From the NCBI GenBank assembly GCA_977862235.1, contig OZ374560.1, positions 310,001 to 374,000 of the forward strand: a stretch of 64,000 bases of DNA. The letters run 5' to 3'. Positions 38,862 to 50,959 of the stretch are shown in pieces. The translations under genes and the position numbers were made by a program. The stretch's first letter is position 1. Each line of letters opens with the position of its first letter. Under the pieces are notes generated by a model. The model was not told the DNA's origin and searched no databases. It saw nothing but the letters and a program-made list of their open reading frames with translations. Origin of the DNA: Dudresnaya verticillata. Lineage: Eukaryota.

Positions 38862-39936
38862 CCATTGTCAGGGTGGACGCTGGAAGCGAAACACACGCCA
38901 CATCCTCATACGGGTTGACGCGGACGTGTACTCGTTACGGACGAAGGGGGCTGTAATCAACCGCATCAAGGACGATTGGGTTGGCGACACGTGAATAAGC
39001 AACCCTCTTCGGAGGGGATCCGTAAGGACAGAACGGCTGACAGTAGTCAGAAGGGGTGGAGGGCGCACGCACCACACGAAATCGGGCAACAAACGAAATG
39101 GAAAATTTTAATGTGAAAACAATAACGCGAAGGCACCGGCAGCCAGGCGCGCCACCCATGGCCAAGTCCGAAACTCGCCACCCTTACGGGCGGCGCACGC
39201 AACCGCCTCGAGGGTGACGCCCACGAACGTCAACGACGTGTCTCAAGTCGAAAAGGTGTCGCCCGCAAACATGAGAGAAGAAAAAGTCGTCGAAGACGGA
39301 GTTAGGCTACGTTTCGTGCACGACGCGCTAGTCGCAAAAATGACTCCGCCGCTGGACGTGGCAACCGCGCCCGGGAGTCGCAGGAGACGCGTCCAATACG
39401 CAGGGCATCGCCAGCCTAGCCGTCCCCGACGCTAACCCAACGTTTCCTACGTCAAGGACGGAAAGCCAACGCAACGGCCCACTAACTACATATTGGAATA
39501 TGTAAGCAATCGCTTAGCAAGCGGAATCACGATGTGAACAAAACGACTAAGTCGGACTAACAACATGGGCTCCCCCAAAAAGGGGCTACGCTACTGTAGC
39601 GGCAACAATAAGGAGGACGCCGACAAGGCGACACCACCCCAAGCACTTACTCAAGCGCTACTACAGCGAACCGAGAACGAACACGAACGCGACCCGTCGG
39701 CTACACACTACTCGCTATTGCAGCGCTCTACACCAAGCGGGACTACAAGCAACTACGTTTGACAACGGTCAAGTTTATTCGGACTTCACAAGCGGGGGTA
39801 ACCCTCGTGCCCGTATGACTTCTCACTACGACCTACGTCACGAGACGCTGCACTAACCGAATATGACGTATGAATCCCTCGTTCGCCACCCCGCTTCAGG
39901 GCAGGCAAAGCGACACCACACGCGCTCTCGCGTTTG

Positions 39937-42425
39937 CTAACCGTTCTTAACGATCCCACCAAGGCTACGCCTTTTTCGTCGCAGACGGCTCAGATGGGGC
40001 ATCATCCCCGACGCATTGGCGGATTCTCTTAACGCCTCTTCGTAGAGGTCGTCTTCCGTCACCGACGGTGCGCTCGCAGCAGGGGCAGGGACGGACCGCA
40101 AGGGACCCACCACAACCGCTGCTGTCGAAGTCGCGACATCCGCCGCTGGCGACGTGCCTGGCTCACAACCCGCCTTAGGCGACGACTGTTCGTCAACCGC
40201 CATAGGCGCAGCGTTAGAGTCATTATCCGCCTTAGGCGCTACACCAGGAAGCTCACTCGCCTCTGGCGGCGGAGCATTCTCAACCGCCTTGGGCGAAGTC
40301 GACGGCCCCGGCACCTCCGGTGACGGGACCGCATTAACCGCCAAAGGCGTTGAACGATCAACATCCGTCACTAATGAAGAGGTCACTGGAGCCTGCGGAA
40401 CCGCCGTAGGCGCTGTCACCGCACTCGCCTCTGGCGGACTTTTGCTAACGACATCAGTGGACGCAATGGTGGACGAACCCGCACAACCCGCCTTAGGCGA
40501 CAAAGGCCTTTTCGCCACTCCGTCATTAGACGCCGCACCTTCGTCGTTAGACGGTACAGTCGCAACGACGGTCGACGCCGGAACTGCAGCAACGCTGGGC
40601 TGCAGAGCAGCCAGCAGCGAGTGCCCGAGGGGCGTCGTGGATGACCCGCCCGACCCGTCAGTGACGACACCAGTAGCTCGCAAGAATGCGAGTACCGTGC
40701 GGCGCTGCTCCTCAGTCCATTCGGGCACTGCAGGAGGGCAATTCGCACCGTCAGCGACGTTGGACAAGCCGCCTTAAGGCGTAACGGCAGACGCAGAACT
40801 CGCCACGGGCGCAGACATGATGGCATCACCATCACCGTCATTGACGGGCGCCGAGATATCCAATGGCGCAACTGACGGCAAGCCAACAGGCACAACAGCC
40901 GACGGTCCTACCGCCGCTGGCGAAATCGTCGTGGGAGCTGTCGCCCCCCCAGTAAGCTCAACCGCCATAGGCGTAATGACATCCGTCCCAGACGGGTTAA
41001 CCGGTCCGCTGTTAGCGTGGAACGCATCCTCCTCCGCTATGAAGGCGCTCAAGTGGGGTGGGAAATCCCCCGCAAAGTCGCAATTCTTGCGCAACCCACG
41101 TGGGTGATTCGCTGCCGTGAAGCGGTTCGTACGACGATGACTCTCAGCGATGTTCTCCGTCGTAAGACGTTTGGTCCACGGGTTGTACCACACCCAATCG
41201 CCACAGGTGGAATGGTTTCTACTCATCGCGTAGCGCGGACGGTTTGCCTTACGGCGCCTGTTTCTCGGCGGCACAGCAGCTGGGTCGTCCCAGTTGACGT
41301 TATCCGCCACATGCCGTAGATCTTGGCAGTTTTTGGCACCGCCCAGCACTTCAGCCAAGTCAAGCCCGCCAAGGAGGCTGACCACGCGTGGCGGCACATA
41401 ATAGAGCCGGAAGGTGTCATACACCTCCCACATCCATGCGTAAGTTACGTTGATGACCCACTCGGTGAAAACACGATCCAAAATCGAGAGTACGGATCCG
41501 TCCGCAACTCGGAGCCAATATACGTGACACACGGAGGCAATTCAGCCGCAAAGCCCTCGCAGACCTCAAAGTCCCGCCACAACGGCGGGACGCGAATGAA
41601 GCAATGCGGCAACTTTTCCCGCTGAATGCGATCGACTTGCGTATCTTGATACGGCACAAAAACGCCTTTGCGGCGGCGCGTTTCGCACTCCCAACGGACG
41701 CAGCGCTCCCAATAGAAGGTGCCCGTCCTATGCAAGTATCGGAAATCCTCTTTCAAGCGTACAACAAGGAGGTTAGCCTCCTGAAGCACCCGCGGCTCAG
41801 CCGAAACAGCCACATGGCTTAGTGGCAACGTCCCAAGACGGTCCCCATACCCAACCTCACCATTTGTGCGGTACTGCCCTGCGTCAAATTCAAAGACGGT
41901 GGCCGTCAGTACCGACCCCGAATAGCGGGTAAACCGCCGATACACGTCAACGACGAAACGCGCATGCGCATCTGCACGCGTCTGACCGGCGGCAATACGC
42001 AGCCAGCCTCTCGGAATGGCGCACCGATGGCGCCACTCGTTCGTCCACACGACGGCCAGGGACAACTCCCCTGGCAAAAATCCGCTCACAGCGTAATGGG
42101 TGATGAGGTCTTCGTGCCACAGGGCCTCCTGGTCGAACCAGGGGGCCCGCGAGAATAATCGCGCATCGTTGCGGGGAGTCCTCCCGACAAAGTAGAATGG
42201 TGACGGATACACCGGCGCCGCCGAGGGCGCCGCCACTTGAAGGCCGTTGAACTGCGCCATTACGTCTGAGACGTTGAGTAATCGCACGCCACTGGCGGAG
42301 TTCACACGATACGTCAACGACGGTTTTGACTCCGAAGTCGAGTCAATTGCGCCAAAGGCGGAAGCAAACAAACACATGTCAACGACGTTGGACCAAACAA
42401 CGCCGGAGGCGGAACTCAAAGACAC
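39937..42425 (-). CDS. Antisense extra ORF (about 830 aa when reconstructed; one frameshift, one stop), unknown product
   Basis: Three abutting minus-strand ORFs (41445-42425, 40774-41532, 39937-40767) join through a T-run frameshift at about 41470 and an in-frame TAA at 40774-40776. Confidence 0.65.
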
Positions 42426-42708
42426 GCCCTAGGCGAGAAAGGCACGCACGCGTGCACAGATACGACTTCAACGACGGGGTTTCACGCACGCCACTGGCGA
42501 AGTTAGTGAACGACACGTCTTCGACGGGGAACATTCCTACGCAAAAGGCGGGGGAAACTGTACGTGCGTCTTTGACGGGGCTCAGACAAAGCCAATGGCG
42601 GGCAAATGCAGACGCGAAAGCGCGGGTGACCGACACGACCGGCGCTAACAAACGGCGCGGACGCAGGAGGGCAGGCAGGACGAAGCAGGTTGACGTGTTC
42701 GCGTTTTC

Positions 42709-42716
42709 GGAGGGGG
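42709..42716 (+). promoter_or_regulatory. Polypurine tract
   Basis: ggaggggg, 3 nt before the 3' LTR. Confidence 0.75.
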
Positions 42717-42719
42717 TCG

Positions 42720-43635
42720 TGTAGTGCCAGGGGGGGTCCCCCTTTTTCGCGTTCAAGCTGGTTGATATCCTGCGTCTACCGACGGACGACCGCCAACGGC
42801 GCGCTCAACCCGCCTGCGGCGCAAACACGTCAGCGACGCATGCCGCTGGCCACTCGGGCCAGAACGGCTCGCTTGGCGTGCAGACCGCACGCCTGAACCC
42901 GGGACACTGTACGGCGCCACGCGTATGCGCATGGCCCAGTGGCGGGAACGTTCGCTGTAAGCGTGGCCCGAATCCGGATCCAATCGGGATCCCACATCGG
43001 GATCAGACATCGGGATTAAGAGGTGTAAGGCACGCGCCTGTAAGCCTGACGCATCCGCATGGCTGGCCCGAATCCGGACTGGATCGGGATTAGTGCGGAT
43101 CGAGATCACACGCACCATGGGGCGCGTGCGGCTGTAAGGAAGTACATCCACGTGTAGGTGTAAGGACTCGAGCGGGGAAGCTACGCGTGATCTGTCAGGA
43201 GCGCGGCTGCATGACGGACGGATCTGTCAGACGCGCCTCGGGACAACACGTGTCCCGAGTTCCCGCGCGGCGCGTACACACGCGTCGCCGCCGCTAGGTA
43301 GTTCTATACTTAGTTGATCCGTCTCAGACGTTGAGGTAAACTCCCGGCAAGCCGGCCTTAGTCCAGACTTCCCCGCTCCGCACGCGCGTACCCTACCGCT
43401 GCCTACGGCTAAGCGTCTACCTCCCGTGCTTCCACGTCTCTACCCGTCTTTGACGTGTTCCCTTTTTGTTCTCTTTTGTTCTTCCTTTCCGCCTCGGGCG
43501 TTTACAGTCCGCCCAAGGTGTGTCAACTGCTCTACAATAAGCCGCCCAAAGCGAGGCTACTAACCGCCACGGGCGTCGCTATCCACCGAGCTCCGAACTG
43601 CTCGGCGGTGTTCCGTCTAGGACATTTGCACTACA
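42720..43635 (+). repeat. 3' LTR, family A
   Basis: Direct repeat of 30643-31558. Confidence 0.97.
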
Positions 43636-44254
43636 CTAGTTCTACAGTAGGTGTGCCCCACAACACCAACGCGGGAGGTGTGCAAGCGCGCACCCATACA
43701 CGTGACGACACGTCCGGGTAACGGCTACCCGTGGACGCGCGTGGGGCGTAACGGGCAGCGGCCCTCTCAACGGCTCGATGCCGGGGAGCGTCACTGGGGC
43801 GCGCTGTGTGCGGCACGGCGCGCGGCCGCTGCCGGCAGCAATGCAGTCGACCGCTACTAAATCAACGAAAAAACTAAGGGCACGCTGCCCAACCACGACT
43901 CGCCAGCGGGCGTCATCGTGTGCAGCATTGTAGAGCCGGGCTGCCAGCATACCTTACAGCCGCTGCTGATAGTGTGCTGACAGCTATACTACATTATCGA
44001 AGTAAGGGAAGAGGGCTACGGCAGACCCCCGCGGCTGACGCAGCGGACGATCAGCGCTGCTTAAGCTTCTACTTCGATCGTGCCGAGAGGAGCAGGGGGT
44101 GGTCTGCAGTGGTCAGCGGGGCTTGAAGTAGCCCAGTCAGTTGCAGTCGGGCGCGCGCGTCGCAGGCAGATGGCGCGGTGGTCGTCGCGGTGGGAGCACG
44201 GTAAGGTATCTTACAGTGCTACTCTGCGACACCGATTGGTCCAAATCAACAATC

Positions 44255-44509
44255 TGTAACGGGTGTTCAGCGGGGGCCCGCACTAGGGGGCTCCGATTTC
44301 GCTCCAAGCAGGAAGTCGCAAAAAAGTAAAGGCTAAAGTACAACCTGCGTCTAAACGTGCACGTATATTGTGAGTGTGCACCTAGGGTAGGCGCGCCGAG
44401 CACGAACCGATGCCGGGCGCCCCGTAGGGCGGTCTGTAACGGGCGTGACCCCGGTGCATGCGCCGTGCCGAGTACTACTGTGCTTCGGATATCGGAGCTG
44501 AGCGTTACA
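44255..44509. mobile_element. Possible small solo LTR
   Basis: TGTAACG...CGTTACA termini where family X homology stops; no TSD. Confidence 0.3.
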
Positions 44510-46677
44510 CTACGAATGGAAACCTTTCCTTCTCGTTCCATCTGTACAAATAGCGTGATCACGTGCCCGATAGAACGGTTTGGATTCGACTGTGCTTTCG
44601 GACCTGTTTAGAGATTAGAAGCACAGCGTTTTATGCACAGAAGCTGTCTTCATTCCCTACTGAGTTGAATTGCACATGTCAACGAGGAGCCAGACAGACA
44701 ACTGCTACACTGCTGCGGAAAAATGGATGGAAAATGGCCAACGGAGCACTTCCCTGGCAGGCCAGGAGGCGAGATAGGCATAACCAGTTCCAAGGCATGC
44801 AGAGTGGAATTTCACCGGAGCTTGAAACAGTCAAAGCCATGATACTGTACCCTTGGCGGGTATGCTTCCGAAGCAGCAAGCTGATTCTGAAAGGGATGAA
44901 GACACATTCGCTAATGTTGCGCTGCGTGAAACATTTCCAATGGGACCAGGACTGCTCTCATAACAAAACATCGAGAACGAGAGCTGCAGTTATATGAAAA
45001 GTCTTGCATGAGCACCTGGTATGGTCCTCGCGGCCATGGTCCTCTACAGCAAGGAATTCACCAATAGCGGTATGGTCCTCTTTGCTCACAAGAGGAGTCG
45101 AAGAGGACCATACCGTCGTAGCACAACTTCAAGAATTCCTTCTCTCCTTTTTCTAAAATTATTCCGACGCTAACCGATGCAAATGATGAATTTCACAGTT
45201 CACCCCAACGACACCGTGCACCTCTTTGTTGTTCCTGCCAAACGATACGAGCGGTCCTCATGAATGAGCTGTATCCTGATTCCCACTCCGGCAGTACTGC
45301 AATGATTTTCATTCCTGAAAGCCATAGAGTCAATGGAGTTGAAAGTGTGCGCGACAAGCAAGTGCGCTTTGTGCAGAGAACAAAGGCGGCCTTACCCTGA
45401 ATGTAATCTAAACTTAGAAGGAGTGACAACGTGCATATGATAGAGAATAGACAGAAACCATTGTTGCAAGAACTTTGGACCAAACAAATTTCATTGTTTA
45501 AAGAAACATTGAAAAGGCGTGCAAATGTTTGCTGGCCTCCTACGGTAAAAGAAGTGCATCTATCTGTCCCTTGACTGAGATGACAGCCCTCGTCAATAGG
45601 CGCAATTCAAACGGTCTACAACGTTTTACGGGGATTTTTAAGTCGTAGGAGGGTCACACATGGCCTTGCTGCTGCTTGGTAGACCGAAACGCGGATAGAG
45701 GAAGGACCCTCTTTTCGTTTCCGGGTATCTCTCGAAAAGCTTGTAGGATGACACCCAAACTGGCCATCTAGACTCCATTCACCTGCATGGGTCGCTTGAT
45801 TCACGTATACCTATGAAGTGACTTTTGCCTCTAGCATTTGCAGTACTGAGTGCTATGCGAAGTAGTCCGAATGGAAGAGATCCTGACAGATGTTTTTATT
45901 TGCGGCTTCTCAATATATCACCGCGGTGCAGCAAGAACTGCATACAGATGAATCCAGTCTCTATATATTATGATAAAGATGAAGGCTGAACACCATATCC
46001 TAACAGCAGTCCCAATGAAGCGGTACGTAGATACATCGCTCGAGGGTGATTGAATTAATGCTATGACACAAGATGAGCCCGGGAATAGATGCCTTGTTGT
46101 ACTCCGCTTGTGCAGCCATACTGTATCAAACAGTATGGGGTATGGGACGTGTCTGCAGTACCTCGGCAAAAACCTGCACTCGGAACAGCATGGCGCTGCT
46201 GTATCGGTAATGTTGTTGGAATTGGCATAAATCCACTTGAGCACATTGTCTGAGGTGCAGAAGGAGCCAATACTCAAAGCCAAGCAAATTTAAGTCGCTC
46301 GGCACATACCTGCGACCTGCGTGGCTGTTAGCTAACATAGTCACCTGCCTGTCTGCGCTGACATCCGCTGCATGTGCAAGACCCCTGGCAACAATCACAA
46401 TAATGTGATCTTCACCGCTGCTCGCATGGGCAGAAGCAGGAATGGTGGACAGGCTTTGTGGAGAACGTTTCGCATTTCAGTTCCCCAAACAGCTTCCACA
46501 GCTGACTGCACACCTCTTAAACACCTAGTGCCTCTCCCATGTTTGATACTGGCCTCTGACCGACAACATTGGATTAGTACTTGTGTAACTCTGATGAGGC
46601 TGAAGCAGCTAAAAGACTTGATCGTTTTATCAAGCTGACCGCAGCCAGCTTCCGTCTACTGAAAAGAGGTCACCAAC

Positions 46678-47340
46678 ATGCCCAACAAGCGCTCCAACAA
46701 GCCAAACTCCGCTAGCAGCCAGAATCCACCCCGTCCAAGAACTGCTTCAAAATCGACATCAGCCAGAAGAAATCCCTCGACAAACAACTCGGGCAACTCG
46801 TCTGCTTCTCCGGATCGGCCTTTCCCACCCGTCACACGACCAACGACACTGCAGCTGCCGTTCATCACATGCAGCTATGTTTACACGTATGCGCCGTCCC
46901 CAAATCGCACCTTCGCGGAGCTTGGCGTGCGCGAGGAACGAGAGCTGGTAGACGCAACGTCGCTCACCGCAGTCTTAATGAACGGGGCCGACGCAACGCC
47001 CTATGGGTTATCGCGCAAGTTTCCTGAGAAGGATTCAAATATTCCGGTATTGGCGGTGGAAATTTCATGGTCTGATGTAGTTCTGGCTGCGGCTCGAGAG
47101 CATCCTCGAAGTTTATCTCCACAAGATGGGGAGGGTGCTGCTGGGGTCAGCATAAGGTCGCACATTGTCCTTTTGGGCAAGACGCAGCTTCAAAGGCTGC
47201 TTGCTAGTCAGAAGGAAAAACTTGTAGTGCACGTTAGTGGGGATCGAGTGAAGTTTAGAAGTGGAGCGAGACTACAACAGAAGCAGGAAGTGATATGTTT
47301 CATAGATCGGACAAGAAGAGGTTCGGAGGATAAGAGCTAA
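46678..47340 (+). CDS. Hypothetical protein (220 aa), probable host gene
   Basis: Uninterrupted ATG ORF in caacATG context, in non-TE sequence; basic Ser/Asn-rich N-terminus followed by a globular-looking region. Confidence 0.55.
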   Translation: MPNKRSNKPNSASSQNPPRPRTASKSTSARRNPSTNNSGNSSASPDRPFPPVTRPTTLQLPFITCSYVYTYAPSPNRTFAELGVREERELVDATSLTAVLMNGADATPYGLSRKFPEKDSNIPVLAVEISWSDVVLAAAREHPRSLSPQDGEGAAGVSIRSHIVLLGKTQLQRLLASQKEKLVVHVSGDRVKFRSGARLQQKQEVICFIDRTRRGSEDKS

Positions 47341-48350
47341 GACGTTGTTGGAGTTGCGGGGCTTTCCTTTTTTAGCAAAACTAGACAATCAACTGCTATT
47401 AAAAATCATACTGACCAGACGGAACGGCAGTTGTTTACTTTGAAGTATGTTCTAGAGCATTTTGCGCAGCACTTTTTGGGTCTTAGATTGGCCCTTAGAA
47501 GAACAGGGCTCCAAGCGTTTTTTGAAGAAGATGGCGCTATCTAAGGAAAAGCGGCCCCTTTTTGGCAGCTGAGGAGAAATCAATCTACGCATTTAAAGTA
47601 AGTGCAATACCATTTTCCATATGCTTATCTGAGTTTGTATAGTTCTCTGAGGCATTTTACAAAGTAAAGAATTGTAGATGTTGATTCACTCGCACAGGAT
47701 ATCAGCATTGCAATTGGCTTCTCTTTACAACTGCATGGATGTTTCTTCAAAAATCAAATCTCATTCTGTAGCAGACCTTAACAATGAGGGCATTTTTGGC
47801 ATGGATTTATAGTTATTAGAGTTGAGACCTTTTTCTCCCAAAAGAGGCGTTTGAGATAAACCGTATTTATGCCTATTGGTACTTAATATTAGGAGGCATC
47901 GTTACATGCAATACTGAACCCTCGTTGTCTGCTTTGAAAGCGCAATTCGGAGCTCCTGTGATTTCTAAGCCCATCTCCTAGTCTGTGCTTCAGAGAATAG
48001 GCCAACAACGATTTTAGCAGGTGCAAGGAAGGGATTCCAATTATGATCACGGGATTTATTGTATTAGCCTCGCAAGCCACTCGCGCATTATTACAGCTCT
48101 CTGTCAAATAGCCAATAGAAAGTGCTTCCAAAACTGCGGTGCCAATCTCTTGGCCAATGGGAACACGCTAAAGTAGTGGCTGCAGAATGGAAGGTCAGCA
48201 GACCCCACCTCTCTGGGTGGATTGAGGAATTACAACCCCACACACCACCACTCCAAGACAATGATGGGGCGTCATTAAAATAATATATATAAAATAAAAT
48301 ATAAATAAAATAATATACTTGTTTAGAGAGAGGGAGGGGTTTCTTGCTCA

Positions 48351-48819
48351 TGTGACGCCCAGCACCTCATCTCCTCGTCAACAGTGAGGACGAATACTGT
48401 AAGGCGTTGCTCAGCGCTGAAAAGTGAAAGGGACACCCTATCCCATACGCCACAAGCGTGGAAGGCGATGCAACGGGCTCTTGATCAAGGGAGAGACCTC
48501 GGGACCGTCAACCAGAAGAGGAGTACTGTACTGAAAAGAAAGAACAATATTCTGTGGTGGTTTCTCGAGGTCGCTACGCCGGATAGGAGCATGACCAGAG
48601 AGCCTGGACTCTGGGGCACGATGCCCGAGTCCGAGCAGCACGGTCGTGGGCCGGCCACTGGCAACCCCGTCGCATTGGAGCGGGCAGTAAACTGGCCTCG
48701 GGCACGCGACGCGCGATTGCAGCGCCGAGGTTTGTTGTCGTTCTTCCTGTGCGAGCGATTGCGTTCGCGGGGCGGTAGCGTGCGAATATCTTTACTTTGT
48801 ACAAGCGCGAATCGTCACA
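48351..48819 (+). mobile_element. Solo LTR (469 bp), family D
   Basis: TGTGACG...CGTCACA; perfect 4-bp TSD CTCA; true orientation unknown, opposite to the copy at 50960. Confidence 0.85.
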
Positions 48820-49438
48820 CTCAGAAGAGAGACAAGGGCTTCAGGCCATTTGTTTCTTGCAGTCCTTCCAGGGCAACTGTGACCCATGTGCACGTATACT
48901 TAGATTCATCACAGCCAGGAATCATCTAGGCGCAGCATGAGAGCTTAAAGGTCTGGGAAGAGGGCAGGGCGGTGTCCTGTTCATTGGGAGGAGGAGGGTA
49001 TTGCAACGCGCAGAGGGCTGGAATTGCCCCTAGTGCGCAACTTGTGACGTATATCGGGATGGGAGCTCGGTCAGGCAACACAACGGCCCTCCATGTGCTC
49101 GGCATGTCGCCGTAGTTCGGCACGGCGGACGGGGAAGCGACGGGGTTGTGGTATAGTAAAGGTCCCCTTACTTGTAGTATAGAGAATGTCCCTGGTGCAT
49201 CCAACTACAGGCTTGCTGTCTCGCAGGTTGCGCAGTTCGGGTGCACACGCAAGCAGTCGGAGAAAATGGTGTATCGGCGCCTCTGGCCGTCGGCCGGATA
49301 GGGTCATCGCCCATTCCTGGCGTAATTCGCGGTATATGATCAGCTTCGGGCGGCGCAGCTGCTTCCACTTGCGAGGAGTGGGTGCGAAAGGTGATGATAA
49401 AGTTGACTCAACACTGGGTGTGAAAGGTGGCAGAAGTG

Positions 49439-49763
49439 TTGTTGTATTTTATTTATTGTTTATCGTTGTCCTGCGAGGGCGACTTTGGCTCATTTGCTGG
49501 TGCACGGCCGTTTGGTGGGCGGGGAGTTGTACACTAAAGAATGGAGATGTGGTCGTGGGTGAGCAGGTCTACTGGGAGGCACGTGGTGAGGGGTAGTCTT
49601 CGAGGCATATACGACGGATGGCTCGCAGGGCGTCGCAGAAGCGGGCGGCGGCGGATGGATCGGGGTCTTGGAGTGACAGAAGTGACAGTGTCTGTGCGTG
49701 CGGTCGCAGCGTGAGGCAGGTGGGCGGACAGCTGGGTGGGATCGGGAAAGTCCCCAGATGACA
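49439..49763 (-). mobile_element. 5'-truncated LINE 3' end
   Basis: HLGTFPIP motif, conserved 3' motif, A-rich tail, TSD tggca(g/a)aagtg (49428-49438, 49764-49774). Confidence 0.75.
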
Positions 49764-50959
49764 TGGCAAAAGTGGTTCAGTGCTCGTGTGTGTGTGTGTT
49801 TTAGTTTCGAAACTGGAATTCATTGGCGACAATTGAGTAAACCCTGAAATTCTACCAACACTACAGGTGCACTTTCCAAAAAAGAAAATGTTCCGAAACC
49901 GCCCTCGGGTGGGTGGGCCTTGTGTGAGGGCGAGTTGTTCGAGGAACGCGCCCTTTGCCTGGAGCCAGCGGTGGTGAAGCGGGGAAGGCGAGGCTAGTGG
50001 TCCTTGGCGCGCGCAATGCCGACCTCGTGGGGGCAGCCCGAGCGACCATGCACATAGCAACTGGCACCCTACCCACTCTCGCATCCGCCCTCCGAATGCG
50101 GCTATCTTCTCAGGTGCATTGCCGAGCTCCAACGCGCGCTTACGAAAATGTCGACCGCTACCGTCTCCTTGCCTTGTGCATCAAAATGATGCTTGGATAC
50201 TGCAGCCCTCTCTCTGCATTGCATTGCAGCGGACCCATGTGTCGCACAGTGCACACTATCATGACATTCGTCCGGCTTCCCGTAGGGTTGGTCCAGGCCA
50301 GACCCCTCACGCCAACCCGCACACAATCCACTAGTCTTCTCTTCCCGCTTGGAAATCTATTGCGTACCCTCTAACGACTTCGGAACATAGTTCGTCGACG
50401 TTGACATTCATAAAGTGCTGTCCCAAACTCAAGCAGCTCACGGTATACGCATGCCAAGACCGCCTGGGACGCCAGAGAATTTCTCTTGGCACTTCAACAG
50501 TTTGCAGATGCAGTGATGGGCCAAGCCGACTCGTATCCCCAACCGCCCTGCATCTTAAACAATACCGACTTGCATACCGTCATTCAGCACAGCGACACTG
50601 TCTCTGTCCAATATTGCGCCCTCTCTCGTATTTGAACCCATACTTTGGCTCAGCTGGGAAAATTGAACCACACCATCCACCTCGTCACCTTGTACACGCT
50701 GCACGGCTTCCTTCGTGATCAGCACGCCGCTCGACGCCTCTTCACAGACTTCAGTATGCAAAGGCTATTGTATAATGATGTTATCTTTCAAAGTTGGCAA
50801 CGACTGCAGCAGAAGCAGCTGTCGCTGAAGCAGACCCACTTGAAATGAGGTTGACTAGAGGCAAGCTACAAATTGGCGTTGTTTGTAGTGCTGTGTGGTC
50901 ATCGACATGAAAAGTACAGCATTATTATGTGCTACGGAGAGAAGGGAACCTTTGTCACG

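Larger units (their letters stand above)
30643..43635 (+). mobile_element. Young chromodomain-bearing Ty3/Gypsy element (family A), 12993 bp
   Basis: Two 916-bp LTRs TGTAGTGC...GCACTACA; TSD ctact/ctagt; PBS; PPT; gag-PR-RT-RH-INT-chromodomain. Confidence 0.97.
30221..43993 (-). mobile_element. Solo LTR of about 775 bp (30221-30642 plus 43641-43993) split by the nested chromovirus
   Basis: 10-bp perfect terminal inverted repeat tgtagtatag/ctatactaca; perfect TSD TTATC (30216-30220, 43994-43998); the empty site matches 22862-22900. Confidence 0.88.
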
